This document shows, piece by piece, positions 38,301 through 53,300 of a stretch of DNA of 64,000 bases. How positions within the stretch are numbered: position 1 is the stretch's first letter; every line of letters starts with the position of its first letter. Position numbers and translations under genes: made by a program. The DNA is from Balanoglossus misakiensis. Lineage: Eukaryota; Animalia; Hemichordata. A model generated the notes under the pieces. It was not told where the DNA came from. It saw only the letters and a program-made list of their open reading frames with translations, and ran no database searches. The stretch lies in contig CM082584.2 in NCBI GenBank assembly GCA_040954595.2, positions 7,273,919 through 7,337,918 on the forward strand, given 5' to 3'.

Positions 38301-41300
38301 TATAATGCATGGCAGATCTGGAATATGCCCTGTATATGCCATAAAAGGGACTTAGAGGGATCACTCTATATGACAAAATCACTTAGCTGAACTGTGTGGG
38401 TTGGGAGTAGGACACCCCCCTTAGGAGAGTGTATATTCAAACAAGCAGATTCTGACATCAAAGTTCCTCAAAACTATCACTGAGATTGACAACGGAAAGT
38501 CTTATCTCAGATTTAGAAATGTATGGTATAAAAAAATGGGCTCATCAGACTCATATGTAACCACAACAGACCATAGATATTTTCATCAATATTATCGCTA
38601 CCTGGTACTACTTGTCAAACATTTGACATTACAGTGAAACCTGTCATTACAGACACCTCTCTATTAAGGACAAATTTTCTGGTCCAAGAGGTGTCCTTCA
38701 TAGACAGAAGATAGGTTTCAACTACATACATTTGTAAATACAAAGATACAAACTGTCTTTTATTCATAAGGTGCAAAATTTCTTTGAACTCAATGAGTTA
38801 AGTGATGCTTGTTATACTGTTTACATCTAGTATATAGGCTGTGGCAGCATCAGAATCACAGCCAGGCAGCAGATATAATGTTAGCATAAATAAAAAGAAT
38901 GCACTGAGCTATTTTCAAGCTTACATCCATACATTTTTCAGGATTTCGTTCTTGCTGGGAGTGAATTATTCAGATTCCCGGGGCTACGGCCATTTGATAT
39001 TCAGCACCTAACTCCAAAGGATTAGCTGCAAGCCATTTGCAATTTGCTGATGGAAACTTTAATGGCATAGAAATTCTCAGCCAACCCTTTACAATGGTAA
39101 TGCATGCAGAATATCCAGGGACATCAGAAATCAGCGCTTTGCTGTGAATTCCAAGCAGCCCCGATCGCTGTAACAGTTTGCAGGCAGATGATCCCTGTCT
39201 GATGGAAAAATTTCAAAACGTACAAGCAAACTACATTTAATGGATGGAGAAATGATACATGGATCATATATACAGGACTTTCAGAAAGTGATTCATGGTT
39301 TTGGCACATCTGTCGAATCGACCACAAACAACTGAAAGTCACACCACCTCAATTTGATGAATGCACTGCAAACAACTTTTCTGTCGATATTCAGTCATTT
39401 TTCAATGCACCACAAAAGACTGCCGGGAAGCTAGGACTTAATGATTTCTCATTACTTCCCGACATCACACAAGGCCGCGTAACGTCACATCACGTCACAT
39501 CACATCACAGCACATCATTTGCATGATGATGTGTAATATAGCCCACAGCCAAACACAGTTCATTTCAATCCCAACTCAAGCCCGACTGCCATATCTCACT
39601 AATGCAAAATTCAACCAAGGGCAACTTCACCCCGCCATCATTACCTGAAAAAATCACACGAGTGGGGATTACGCGGAGAATAAAATGGACATTAATGCAT
39701 GTAACTATAGTAGTGCTCTTGTTTTAAATTTCCTCATAACCGTAAAAAATTCTGTTTCTATACTTCCCACCCATATTCAACGGCAACACCTGAATGACTC
39801 AAAATATACATAAACCTCTTACCACTGTAACTGTAGCATTATTCACGATAGGAACAAGTTTAAAAACTAGCACGAGCACACTGTGCCCTCATTCGATCAG
39901 TTAACTAGTGTATCAAAGTGGGACACATAATGTAGGCTGGCATATTCAATCTCAAACCGATCAATATTAACACATCTCAGATGAGGGAAGTCACTTATCT
40001 GAGATTGTAACCCTGGGTGAACTCTTTGAACCTTTAAACTTTAAAGGAATAATGGTAAGTTATTGCCAGCACAATGTACATTTCTGTCTGACAGAGAATA
40101 TTTCGAAGAACCGACAAAAAACAAAGATCACAGCAGTTTCTGTGAAAGTTTTTTGTACAAAAATAAAATGAACAAAAAAACGACTTGAAAAATATCACAG
40201 ACATACCCGGTATACGATTTCAATACAAGTAAGAATAATCCAATCACTTTCTATGAAATGGACCCTTTATCTTGATTCTCTGCTCAAAAGTGGAAAACGA
40301 TTCCATGGCAGCATGAATACGTGCGTTGATTCAAGTCTCACAACTGCTCGGAGGAAACAGTTACAATCACTTGTTTTCTGCACGTCTTCAACTAGTTGCC
40401 AACACCAGAACTTGCCTTGTGGCAAAAAGACAACACCCACAGATAAATCGCAGTAAAGTGACGGACCGACACATAGCTGGCAGTAGCAGAAACGATTCCT
40501 CGAAATCCTCCTAAACCAAAAACCTATATCTGAAATTGAGATAAGAATCGCATTTTCGATAAAGAGCGAAAGGTCACAGGAACGGCAAATTAACCGTAGT
40601 GCGTAATGAGAATAGCGGGTTTCCTTGGCAACGTGATTGCACGTGTACCTGGGTTTGGGAAAATTAATAGACTTGATGGGGAAAGAGTCGAATAACCTAG
40701 AGTACCCTCTGTTATAATAAATTTGTGGTAATGACTTTCTCAGTCTCAAAATGCTCTGCTTAATGCATTAGCGTTGTGCAGTTGGTTACTTTGAAAATTT
40801 AATGCACTCAAGATCATCAGCTCACGTTGCCATATCGACGGTGTGACTCAATATTATGATGAAATTAGCCCACTTCCATTCCGTTCATAATGCCAAATTG
40901 GCATTTGGCAAAATATCAATGGGCAATGACACTTTGATATTCCGTTACCAATTTTTCCCCCGATGAATCACATCAGGAAAGCTGCAGTGCTACTTTCCTT
41001 GAGAGAAAGCGGAAGATGAACAAATCTCTGATTGTTGTGCAGACTGCTCTTTACAATTGTTGCTGTATTCAGCTGCGAAATTTTACCTGCTACTTAAATA
41101 CTGAAAATACCTGATTGCATTAGACTTTCTCCTGTTTAATGCTGTGTCTGTTTGCGTCACTGTGATGTGATATTGTGTGGTATGGTGTGGTGTAATGTGG
41201 TGTGGTGTGGTGTGGTGTGGTGTAATGTGGTGTAGTGTGGTGTGGTGTGGTGTGGTGTGGTGTAATGTGGTGTGGTGTGGTGTGGTGTGGTGTGGTGTAA

Positions 41301-44300
41301 TGTGGTGTGGTGTGGTGTGATGTGATGTGGTGTGGAACTCATAATTTAGCTTAAAAGGCGTCTTCACCACATTCCCGAATGATTCGCTGAATTATAAATC
41401 ATGTGTTTACTGTGCATTAAATCTGACATAGCTTCTACAAGAACCAGTACGGGCCTGCGCGAATTCACTTCATCATCGAATCATGGAATCTCAAATAAAA
41501 CACGCGCTCCACTGAGACTGCAATCTACTCTCTCTCTTTATAGCTTTCCGTGTTCGACCAATTTTCCTACACTTGCTTCTTTTGAACAGCCCTCTTTCTA
41601 AACAGGACACAAGTGCAACGACCTCCAACAACATAAAAGGCAAGTCATTTGATTCGCAGCTCAGAACAGCCGACGTAATTATACACATCGACCCCTTTAA
41701 TCACAAAGCCACATTTGCGTGTAATTCGAACAATATACATGTAGCAATTGAACAATTTAATACCAGTTCCATTTTGCTGCTTTCACAAGCAGGCGGGCGA
41801 GGTCATCTTTTCGCAACCGCCTTTCATTATTTCTCACTTGAGCTTTTTTTTTCTCGTCTGACAGGTCTGTTCGATATGACAGCGACACAGCCCACAGGTG
41901 TTTGACCAATCGTGTTTGATTAGCTAATTTAAATAGGTCACTGATATCATTGACTTTGAAAAAAAAAATTACAAACAAAAATTTGGACTACGGTATGTAT
42001 AAAAGCCAATATGATTGTAGTCAGTAACTGGTCGAATATTTCGAGATGCATACGAATATTTATCGTCCATCCAGGTGAAGTTAACATGGCTTAAATTCAT
42101 CCTCCAGTTGTCTGGGTTCACTACACTTTCATATTTGACGTATTTCGGTCGTGTGCAGTGATCAAAGAGAAATAAGCCTTGATTTTTACCTGCAGCGGCA
42201 TTGATTATTCGCGGAGATTGGCAGTTATTATACCTTGTGTGGGCAAATACACACAGTGTATAGGCGCCGTTCAATATTTGGTAATTGAAAGGAACCATCG
42301 TTGATTACAGCTGCGGTACGTTGCATCGGTATTTGCACAGACTGGCGGTTATTATCTTGTGAGGGGGCAAATGCACTCAGTTGAGATGTGGTGGGGAAGC
42401 GTTCGATATTCTTTCTCGGAACTAATCACCGATCTCCATGTCCTTCAGTCGGTAATTTGCCAAATAAGTAAAATTTGCCAGAAAACACTCATTTCCTGCA
42501 ATGTGTGGTCTTCATGCATCAAGTCACAGCGAAATTGACCAAAATTTGAATCTCTGTTTTCTGTAGTGTTATGCTCGTTGGAGGGCATGCTGGTCTGAAA
42601 GAATTCTAATTTGTGTTCTGTCCACCTTGCCCATCTGTCTGTGTCTGAAATCAGTCTTCACGCAAACGTCTGGACCAACGTCACTCTAATTTGGCATGAT
42701 GAAGATCAGTTCTTGTTTTATGATACAATCCAATACGGCCAATGAGTGGCCATCTTGTTTGGAATATTTTCATCTTCTGGCCCAAAATTTACAGATACTA
42801 GTATTAACTGAACAGATTTTGCTTAGACCTGGCAATGAAACTATGGTGTACATATTACTCAGGTGTACTAGGAAAATCAAGTACACAGGTTTGTCAAATT
42901 CTGACGCTGACAAATTGTACAATTTTATTGTTACAAATATCTGGTCTTGTTAAATGTGGAAAGCATAGCACAGGGTATGCCTGAAGGAAATAAAATCCAT
43001 GCCCAATCAAAGACACAGCTGCATCTCCTGGTATGAAGATTTGTATCACCTGGCCTTGTTTTCACAGACTCCGCCCGTATATTTTGACAAACCGACCCAA
43101 ACACCCAGGGATGTGTTTTAGCACTCACCTCAACAAATGCTTGTCGATGTATTCTTGGCACTCTGCCAGGGACTCCTCGGCCATGGTGCATCTGGTTAGC
43201 AGCGCTGCCCTCTCTGCCTCCAACTCTTGCTGCAAGGGAGCAAAAAAAAAAACAAGAAAAGAATGAACCAATTTCCGGGCGGGCACGACGCAAATGAATC
43301 AACACCTATCGCCACCTCTTGTGTGAATGGAAGAAATCCGCACCATCTCGACATAAAACACCAAGATAACGATCGTTGCCGTGACAACCTGTGCAAAAGT
43401 GTAGAGATTAGGCAGCGAGCTTTAAAAAGCAATCCTTGCTGTGAGACAACTGTGTTTTTTTTCTTTTTTTTTGCGATTTGAATTTAATGATGTCTGCAAG
43501 CACTGTAAAATGTATCCTAATTGAAATCTATGACGGTTGCGATATGCTGGAGATTGGTAACGCATACAAGTTGGTATCACTTCATCTTCCTTTTTATTTC
43601 ACCTCAAAAACTGGATGACAGCATCAGATAATGCATTTACTGAATGAATACATGTAGATTTGACCTTGGACAGGAACAATGACCTGACCATATTGAAGAA
43701 AATATTAGTTTCAAAAACAGTTTTTGCTTTGTGTGGGTCTGTTTCTACGGGTTGAATGAGTAAACATGTGAAGAAAGATTACTGTTACAATGACATGTAG
43801 CTGTACGAATACGAAAAAAATATCAAGTTTTGGTCGTAATTTGTTGGAACAAAAACATACCACGAAAAAAGAATGAGTTGCACAGAGGGAATGTACTGAC
43901 CATTGACTGTTACATCAGTCAGTGCAGTAGATAAAAAACAATTACATGTATTGTAAAAATTGTTGCAAGTCTAACGAAGATGTGTGGGTTGGACACCAGT
44001 AAAGAAACTGAGGTGTTAATAGTGTGATGCTGAGCTAATGTCAAAGAATGTTTTGATCAGGTCACCTCAGTATTTATTGCACTTAATTCAGGTTGGCTGA
44101 TATATGTTTCCCTGGAATTTCACTTTCCCTAACAGACACACTGCGAAAAAGCAAGACTATTTATAGCAACCTGGAGCTGGGGCCTGATTGTTTTCTATGT
44201 TCATCAGAAATCAATTTTGCCACAAATCACTCGGGGAGCAGGCCCAATTGTTTTTTTGTTCGTTAAAATTCAATTTTGGTCACATATCCCCCGTACGCAG

Positions 44301-47300
44301 CCTGGCAACAAGAGTCCCTCAACCCATTAACACAGGTCAGGCTGTACTGTCATCGACCGTGCTTGTAAAAAAACTGCATTCTCACGAGGAAGTCACACAG
44401 TCTACGGAGACAACTCAGCATGATTGGAATTATATTGGCTCTCCGATTGCATTTTCTACGTGCGTGCGTCTCTCCTAATGGAATTGACAGAGCAGATTAT
44501 AATATCCATTCCACTTAAAGATCATCACGGGAAAAAAATGCTTGAAAGCATGTTGGTGTTGATACGGCAACAAACATTCCTTAGGGTCAAAAGGGGTAAA
44601 CGACAGTCACTGTGATCTATATTTAGGTTTCAGTTTTTGTTTATGCCTTCTACTCTCTCTCTCTCTCTGTCTCTCTATCTCTCTTATTGTTATTTCGACA
44701 TCGGGTACTGTTGTGTAACTTTATTCGCACAATACACTCAGAAGTAGAAACACTAGAGGGCGATCTATACATTTCCTTTCAAGATGAGAGAATGCTTTGA
44801 AAATTACACCAACCTGAGTGTTCAGTGTGAATTCCCGTAACTGTTTCCTGAGGGAACTCCAGTTCGCCTGCTCATCAAAACTGAAGATAAATGCAAAAAC
44901 ACATTTCATTTTGTTGCAATGTACAAAGGCATCAATATAAAATTCACATCTAAATAAGTCTCACTGTGTCCCAGCTAGCTCCCCTATGGGCAAATCTGCT
45001 GAAAAGAAAGTTTCCATGGAAACATATCAGTGTGCAGGACTCTCTCTAAATCACAAATATTCAAGAGCTTCTTATCACCTCATGGCATACAGATAATTCT
45101 TTGTTACTCTTCTGAGCCACAGGCCCACATTACAAAATTACAGAATCAAAACGTAACAATCACAGAACGAGTACAGATACAATTTAGAAAAATTCAATTC
45201 TCAGTTTGGCTGATTCATATACAAAATACAGCCAGAATTTCTTTAGCATTTAAATATGCCCATATTTAGTGAATAGAAGTTTTCATGTGTTGGAAATATA
45301 TATGCCTATCAGAGTATGTAAAGTATGAAATTGAAGATTGGGCCAACCTGTTGATAGCAAAATAAGAAGAGAACACTTTACTTCCATGTCTCAGATTTTA
45401 TAATACATTTGTAAATCAGTATTTTGTATTCACTGGGATATCACACACAGTAGAGTCAAACCTGTGTTAGTGGCCACCTCTATAGAGTGGCCACTTTATT
45501 ACAGTTCCTGTGCAATTTACAAGTGCATTAATTGACCTGTGTATAAAGGCCACCTGCCTATGAAGACCAGTTTAGGAAAGTCCCTTGACTGGCCACTATA
45601 GACAGGTTCCACAGTATCTCATTTACCTGACTGATTTCTTCAAGGCGTCTTGTCCGAGCGCTCGCAGATGAGCCAGTTCTTCTTTCAGTTTGTTGATCTC
45701 TCTTCTATTGGCCGATTCCAGCTCAGTGTCCAACAACCTCAAATCGTACTCATCGGGGCCAAGGTCAATGTCAACCGTTTTCAGACCATCAACCTGTTGC
45801 CGCATAAGCCTGGGTCAAACATAGCACATAAAATCTTGTAGAGACTTTTATTTTCAATTAGCCAGGAAAAGTTAAATTGGCCATAATTAAAGCTGCCACT
45901 TTTTGTATTATCTAGAATAGTCTCTTTAAATGAGCTAACTGATAGGTATACACAAACATATTATCAACCTATGATTGTGGCTGTACATTTAGATTATGAA
46001 CAAGCTAAATGATAAATGGGTGCCACACCTGTTTATTGAGTTACCCGTTGCAAGGGTTTACAACTATCGTCGCATGCACACATGTGTGTTAGAATCTCCA
46101 CAGATTCAAAAAGGTGTTGTTTGTCGATGTAAGATAAGATTTCATAATTTTTATCGGATAAATTGTGCTAAAACGGCAGCTATTGAGGTTTTATACGATA
46201 CAATCCAACTACCACGTTGAGATGGATTTCCGAAGTGCTTTACAGAACTAACCTGTACGCGACCAACAATTCCTCGTGCCTCCTGGCCATCTTCTGCGCC
46301 TCCGACTTGAAGGACCTGGCAGCATTGCTCAACTGCTCTTCTCGGATTCGGTGCGACTTCTTCAACTCCCTGATCATGTCATCCACGTACTTCACCATCT
46401 TGGTCCCCTCCACGGCGCTCTCGGCACCCAGGGGCATACCGCTGCCATTGTCTACAAAATCCTGCCAGGGGAGAAGGGGAGAATAGTAAAGTGTGTCTTG
46501 TTTTCTGTTTATCGACTGTTGCCTGGCGACCCTCTGGTGTCTACGGGTGCGTATTAAAAGCTGAAAGCCGAGATGAAATGTTTTCTGAAAAATGAATCTC
46601 AAAGACCCTGCGGTCAGCAAGATTCTGGTGATGAAAGAGCGATAAGGATCTTCGCCGTCTGTTGTCAGAAAATCTCCGGAATATTTCCCCCGGTGAATTA
46701 ATCCCTTTAAAAGGGGGGATTTGACAAGCCCACTCATTATTTATTATGTTCCAAGCTTCCATATCTTGTAATTGAGAAACCTATAGGCATGAGTTCGTAA
46801 AAAATAAATAACCCAACACAATTGTGGCAAGCTGCCAGTTTCACAAGACCAATGTTCTCACTTACAGCGATATCTTCAACATATTTGACCAGTCTTGATC
46901 TGTATTCCTCGTTCAATTCTTTGAGCTGTATTTGTAATTTGTTATTTTCTGTTTCCAGTTCACGACACTTGCTCCCCACTCTGATGATTTCCTGAAAAGT
47001 GAAATAAAATTCAAATTAAAGTCAAAATTCTGGAATATAATTATACATAAAAAAGTTATGAATGAAGCCCTCCACCCACAAATTGCGAAGCATGATACTG
47101 AAATGGTTAAAAGAGAGAAATTTTTTAAATATCATAGAATTTTAACTCACAGTGGACTGCTCAGCGACCCTGTGCTGGCTGGCTCTTGCTATCTTCCTGG
47201 CATCTTGCAAATCTTTTCCCAGTGATATCCTGTAGAATAAGGTGCTCAACATTCAACATGTGGCAGATTTTGATGAGAGAAATAAACCAAAACAGTTGGG

Positions 47301-50300
47301 CATTTGAACACATAACTACCCTATATAATTGGTATACGGGACCAAACTGAGCAGTTTTTCAAGAAAGTGCCTCTTTAATCCTTCCAAGGAAAGTTCTGAA
47401 TGACATCATAGGTCACCAGGGGTCAGGGTAAAAAGAGCTGCCACTTACAGCTTTGCTTCCAGTCTCTCCTGGTCTTCATCGTACTGATTCCTCAACTTGT
47501 CCATCTCTCTGCCATATCTTTGAGAAGTTCCAAAAAGCTTTACAGAAAAAATAAATAAATAAATTCACTCGCTACTCACTCTTGTAGGAATGACTATGTC
47601 ACTCCAACCCGCTGGACACTCACTTGAACAACTTAAGGAGTAACAAATAATAAGGCAAAAAGATGGGCTTTGTATTTCCTTACCCGTTTCTCTATTTCCA
47701 ATCTTTCCTTTTCTGAAGCCAACAGATCATCTGCCTGTTTGTGAATGGAAAGTCATTCATTATCACAGTGTGTGTGTGTGTGCATGTATGTGTATGTACA
47801 TGTACTTTTTTACATATACATATGTTACATATGTATATACATATATTTACCCATTAGATATTTTAATCAAATTTGCATTATTTACAAAGTAACTTGTCAA
47901 AGAAAATTACTACAATATTCACATGTTAAATGTCTTAAACTCTTATTCAGAAACCTTTTAAAAACCAGAAGTATGAGGCATGTGCAAACTACATCCCCAT
48001 GCATTACATTTCCTTAGATTGTGATAAAGAACCATGCCTGAAGCAACTCGACATTGTGAAATAAAACCATGATCCTTGAATTTAACATGACACATACTAG
48101 TTACCATGGTACATTCCCAACACATGCATAAGACAATTATCAGAGTTATATAACCCGGGAATTATACATTAGGGCCAGGGAGAAAAAAAATAATGTTCAC
48201 CTCTTTTAATACATTTTCCAGCTTGGAATGATCTGTTTTGGAATTGAAAACGCTACGATTACATTTTCTAAGTTCTCTCAGCGATAGACATTTAAATGTT
48301 TCCATTCCAATAAAATGCTTGACCTATGACCTTTCTTCCTTTTTCATTATCAAAGGAGTACCACTTACTGCAATGTTTGCTTTTATCTTATTGCAATAAC
48401 TTGGAATTCTGTGTATAAATGGAATTGCTTATGGAATCTCTGATCAGTACAAAGCATTATTTTTTAAATACACACTATCTCTCCTCTTTAGCCATTTATT
48501 AAATAATGCCGCACTAGGTTTGAAAAGATTAACCAAAATGTCTTGTGACAACAGCTAAATAACCAAATGAATATAATTAATTTCAAGTTTCCAGGGTTTT
48601 CATCAGGGGATTAATTTGCCACGGTAATCGAACTCACTATTATCGCGCTAAGTGCATGTATAATTCCATTGCTTCAATGGAAGTCAGCAGTAATTTCCAT
48701 TGCTAAGAACCAATCCACAAATACACAATGGTCGGAAAAAACATGAAACTTCTGAGGAATTCCCACTGGCTGTCAGCTCTGAATCTCCTGGCTTCAAAAT
48801 ACATAATTCCTTCACATGTTTGACCAAAACTTGCACAAAACATCGCTAAAAGTGGGCTGTGTCAACAAATTTTTATGCGTTTTTCTCTCTTTAAGTTTAA
48901 CTGTAAATCTGTAAATAATCTCTCTCTCTCTTTCTCAATAGCAACAGTAACTCATATGAAATATCCCATAGATTTACCTTCAACCTCTTAGTTGTGAGCC
49001 TACTAACAATTGCCCGGATTCTGTCTAGCTCAACGTTTGCCTGGGTGTATGTCCCATGGGCCCTCTCCACGTTTTCTTGCTGCTTCAGCAAGGTGGCTCG
49101 GGCGTTCACCAGGTTTAGGAGTTCTATGCCCAGTTCTTCGTTCTTTGCAAGCTGGGCAACAGAGAGGGAGAAAGCAGAAAGACAGAGGTGCAGTGGAAGT
49201 GATTCTACATGTATACAATTTGTTCATGGTCCTTCACGCTGTGAATGATTAAAGGGACAAAGTCATTATTTTCCGATATAACTAGTATGTTTGTTACTTT
49301 TGTTCCAGATCAAACTCGTCTGCTTCCCAAAGCCATCTTGCGCAACTCTAATCTCACCTTTGTTGTGGAAGCATTTTGATGATGTAATTTCAGGTACATA
49401 CCAAAAAATTGTTTTTGAATATTGGATGAGAAACTATTTTTTTATATTTTAGCTCCGCTGTGATTCTGTCTATAAATGATTATATGAGGACGTCTTCATT
49501 CAGCATGTATCTAACGCTGATCAACCAGAACAACATAACAAAGATAGCAAAGTATAATGACGTTGTCCCTTAAAAACAAATAGACAAACATTACACACAT
49601 TAGAAAAGACATGGTCTGTGATATACTAGTATTACATGGAAAGTTAACATAAATTATATTTCACAGGCAGTATGCGATGGTGTGTTCTAACATATTTGAC
49701 AAGGCACATGCATGATGTATGCATGCTATGCAGCAGTCATGTTAGGTTGACACACCTACCTGTACCTGTTGGCGGTAACCACGCACTGACTCCTTTGTTG
49801 GGGCAAAATGTGTTAGCAAAGCAGAGAGAATTTGGAAAACTACAAATATGAGACATAGGATAAACTTTAAATAAAACAAGTCAGTTTTACCAGCATGTCA
49901 CTTCAAAACGATATTGATCAAAACCACTTTATGCCAGCCAACTTGTCTCTTGATGTGGTTGGTTTTATACTCCTAACCACTACTATAACTACCAACATTA
50001 ACCTAACCTAGTATAAAAGCTAATTTATTGCTCATTATGTTTCAGTATTAATTGCTTCAGTACACATGTACCTTAATGCCATCTGTATACACAGTCTTTG
50101 GTCATAACAGAAAGTGTTTGGGGTACATATTACATACGGGTGATCAATACCATTTGTTTACTGATGACAACATATAACATGTATTACCTCTCGCTCATGT
50201 TCTTTACTCAACGCGACGTAATTTGATTTCAAGGAGACGTATTCATCGGCTAGTTCCTTCCGATCCCTTTCCATATCATCCATCCTCTCCTTCACATCTC

Positions 50301-53300
50301 GGTACTTCTTTCCCAGTTTGTCCTTCTCGATGCCCAGTTCCATCAACTCATTTTCGAGTGTCAAAATCTTGAGAGAAAAAAGAAATGATAGACATCTTAG
50401 TACTCAGTGATTATACATAATGTAATATAGTGGAATATTTGCTTTTGCATTGAACGTCTCAGAAGCATTCCAAATTTTATGTACATGTAGTTCAAACACA
50501 CTGGAAAGTTCCACGACACCACCCGAACACGGTGTTAAGCATTTTCCAACACTGACCCACCTCTCCGCCAACTCACCCTGTTTGTCAGTTCGAACCTGGC
50601 CTGTTCCGCCTCCTCCTTGATCTTGTTGTTTTCCAGCTGGAGATCCACCAGCGTCTTGGACACCTGCATAAAGTCAATCACATGCTGCTTAGAATCGTAT
50701 CCCTTCAGCACAAAGCGTTTGTCCATGGCGACCGGCAGACGTGTGTCTCACTTTCCTACCCGGCCCACAAGTGTGGCACACAGATACGGTGACGTGTATT
50801 TAAAGTTTGAATAGTCCACCTTATACCGCTTTATGAAGAACTCACTTGTAGAAGGGTGGATTCACTTGAAACCCATTCTGACTATTGGTGGTGAGTAAAC
50901 AGACACGCAGTCATTAAGTTGGGCTGTAGTCCTTAGTGACATACTATTTACGTTCCTAACAACACTAAGAGAAACGACTGAAACCGTAAGTTAAGCATAT
51001 CTTTGTGCTCGGTCTTATTCTTAAGCTTTCTTATTTTAGAATATTTTTCCAGCAAATCTCAGTGCAAATTAAAAAAAAACCCGCCATGTTTGATTTTATT
51101 TTGAACGGTTCACTTTTCATTAGATTTTAATATTCTTTTTATTAATTCATAAGCTTTTCATCTGAAATCTCTAAGCAGTCATTCTCAAGATATAGCGTTA
51201 TCTTTGAAAAGCTGGGGCATGTTGTTGAGTTCACTAGGCAGGCTTTTACAAGATATTTTGGTAACTGAGCTGACTATTACAAAACCTACTTAGGAGAGTC
51301 TCCACGTCCATTAGTAGAACTAACTCCTTCAAGTCTATGCCGGTACACAGATCCAAACCTGTCCAGAAATTTGCACAATCGTAACAGGTGATTACCTGAA
51401 AGGATTTTTTTGTGTGTGGACTGAACATTTCAGGGTTTTGTTTACAAATAGCAGAAAGCTACTAAGACGAAGAATTCCGACCTTTGACATCTGACCTAGA
51501 CTGACCTTAACGTTTTCACTCCTGAATTTAGGTGCATTTTTAGTACTACCAACAAAATAAAATGGCTGTCTTGGGGCTTTCAAAGTTGTTTTTATGGGCA
51601 CTTCTTTGATACAAATATCCATTTGTTCGATGAAACTGCATTTTTCTTCGCTAAAATAATCCTCAGGGTTTCAATGGTACATTTTAGTGCCATTTTGTAG
51701 AAAACTGGTGCTACAAATGACCTGGAGATATATACACCGGTAAGCCAGAAAAGTGATTATTAAACCGGAGAAGAAATTTTTGAATATTATCTGGGTGGAC
51801 TTTAATGAATGAAACACAACATTTTTAGTCTCCCTGCAATATATATAAATTGTCATTTGGAAGGACAAAGGTGTTGTTCAGACTGAGTTCAAAAAAGCTG
51901 ATATCTGAAAATTTACTTGGAGGATATTTTACCAGGAAAGTAAATTCGGAGATTTTCAGATATGTCAATGTTTTCATTTGCTGGATCCTGTACAGTATAA
52001 CTTTTTATCCTGGGTGACATTGAACGTGAACTATGAATTTCAACCTTGGTGTACCTTTACAGTGGATTTCACACTGGTGATATAGCAACTCGCGTGTAAA
52101 CAACAAACAGCACCACCACGAAAAGAGCAACAAAAAACCTTTGTGCGCGGCTGTTGCTATGACAACAGCGACTACGCATATATGTCACCTTTAGCTTCTC
52201 CTCCTCGCTCATGATGAGTTTCCCGGACAGATTCGTCTTGGCCTCCGCGATGTCGCCGAACTTGTGCTGCAGCGTCTCGAGTTTGCTTAACAACCTCTCG
52301 TTCTTGTCCTTGAGTTGGATCTATAAGAACAAACGCAAAGAGTGTGTGACAGGTAGGGACAATGGGCCTGCTGACGTCGTCCCCTCTGTCCACTGTGATC
52401 ACTCCCATTGTTGCGGCCCAGAGAGCGTCTTTCATTGTTTAACAAAGGACACAATGGATATCCATTACCGTAAATGCATGACAGCGACACATCGACTGAT
52501 TGTACCGTATATATAAAACCTCAAACTGCTGGCTGTGAAGTAGCAGAATCCATTATGGTGTTTTATTTAGGGATACAGTACGTATCCAAACTGAGTTTCT
52601 AGCATTGGACTAAGGGGGGCTGTTTTGTGGTCAAATAAACACTGTTCTCATTATCCTCTTCATATAGGGTAGGTTGGTGTTTAAAGGGACATCAGCTGTA
52701 CCAGACAGTTTTTGAGAATCGAGTATAATGTACAGACTTCATTGTGTATATTAGGTTTTCTATGAGACCTTGATATATTTGCTCAGGATGGTTACGATAC
52801 ATGTATTGACAAGGGTAGACCAGAACTGGTTCACTTACATTTTCCATTGCTAAAAATTTATGGTCGTTTTGCAACTCTCCTACTGAAGCTTTGACAGTAC
52901 CAGCCGACACACCCAGTCCCAGCATGTCCTCCAGACTCACAATTTTAGCTCTGTACTGTGTTATCAAGCCCTGCAAGACAAGCAATGATTTTACAGAATG
53001 AGAAGCAATTTAGTAACCATGTGAAATCTGAGACGTTTGAATATATTGGGTACATGTAATAAATTAATAGCGCAGACATAAAAAAAATATGAAGATTTTG
53101 ATTAAAACAAGAAGACATGCATGCATAAGTCGCCTAGAATTCGATCTTTTTTATTTAAAGGGAAGGGGTCGTCGCACCGCGTGGGTTTCCCCCTTGATGA
53201 TATGTCCTCCCAGACAAGCGCAAATTCCACTGCAGTCACCACAACCTACTAGGATCTTCAGTTGCTGTTATGCCCAGCCTATGCTACGGTTGGCTGTTTC

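Noticed and set aside
41083-41370. His/Thr/Pro-rich ORFs (HHTTP repeats)
   Set aside because: Translation of the (TGTGG)n microsatellite
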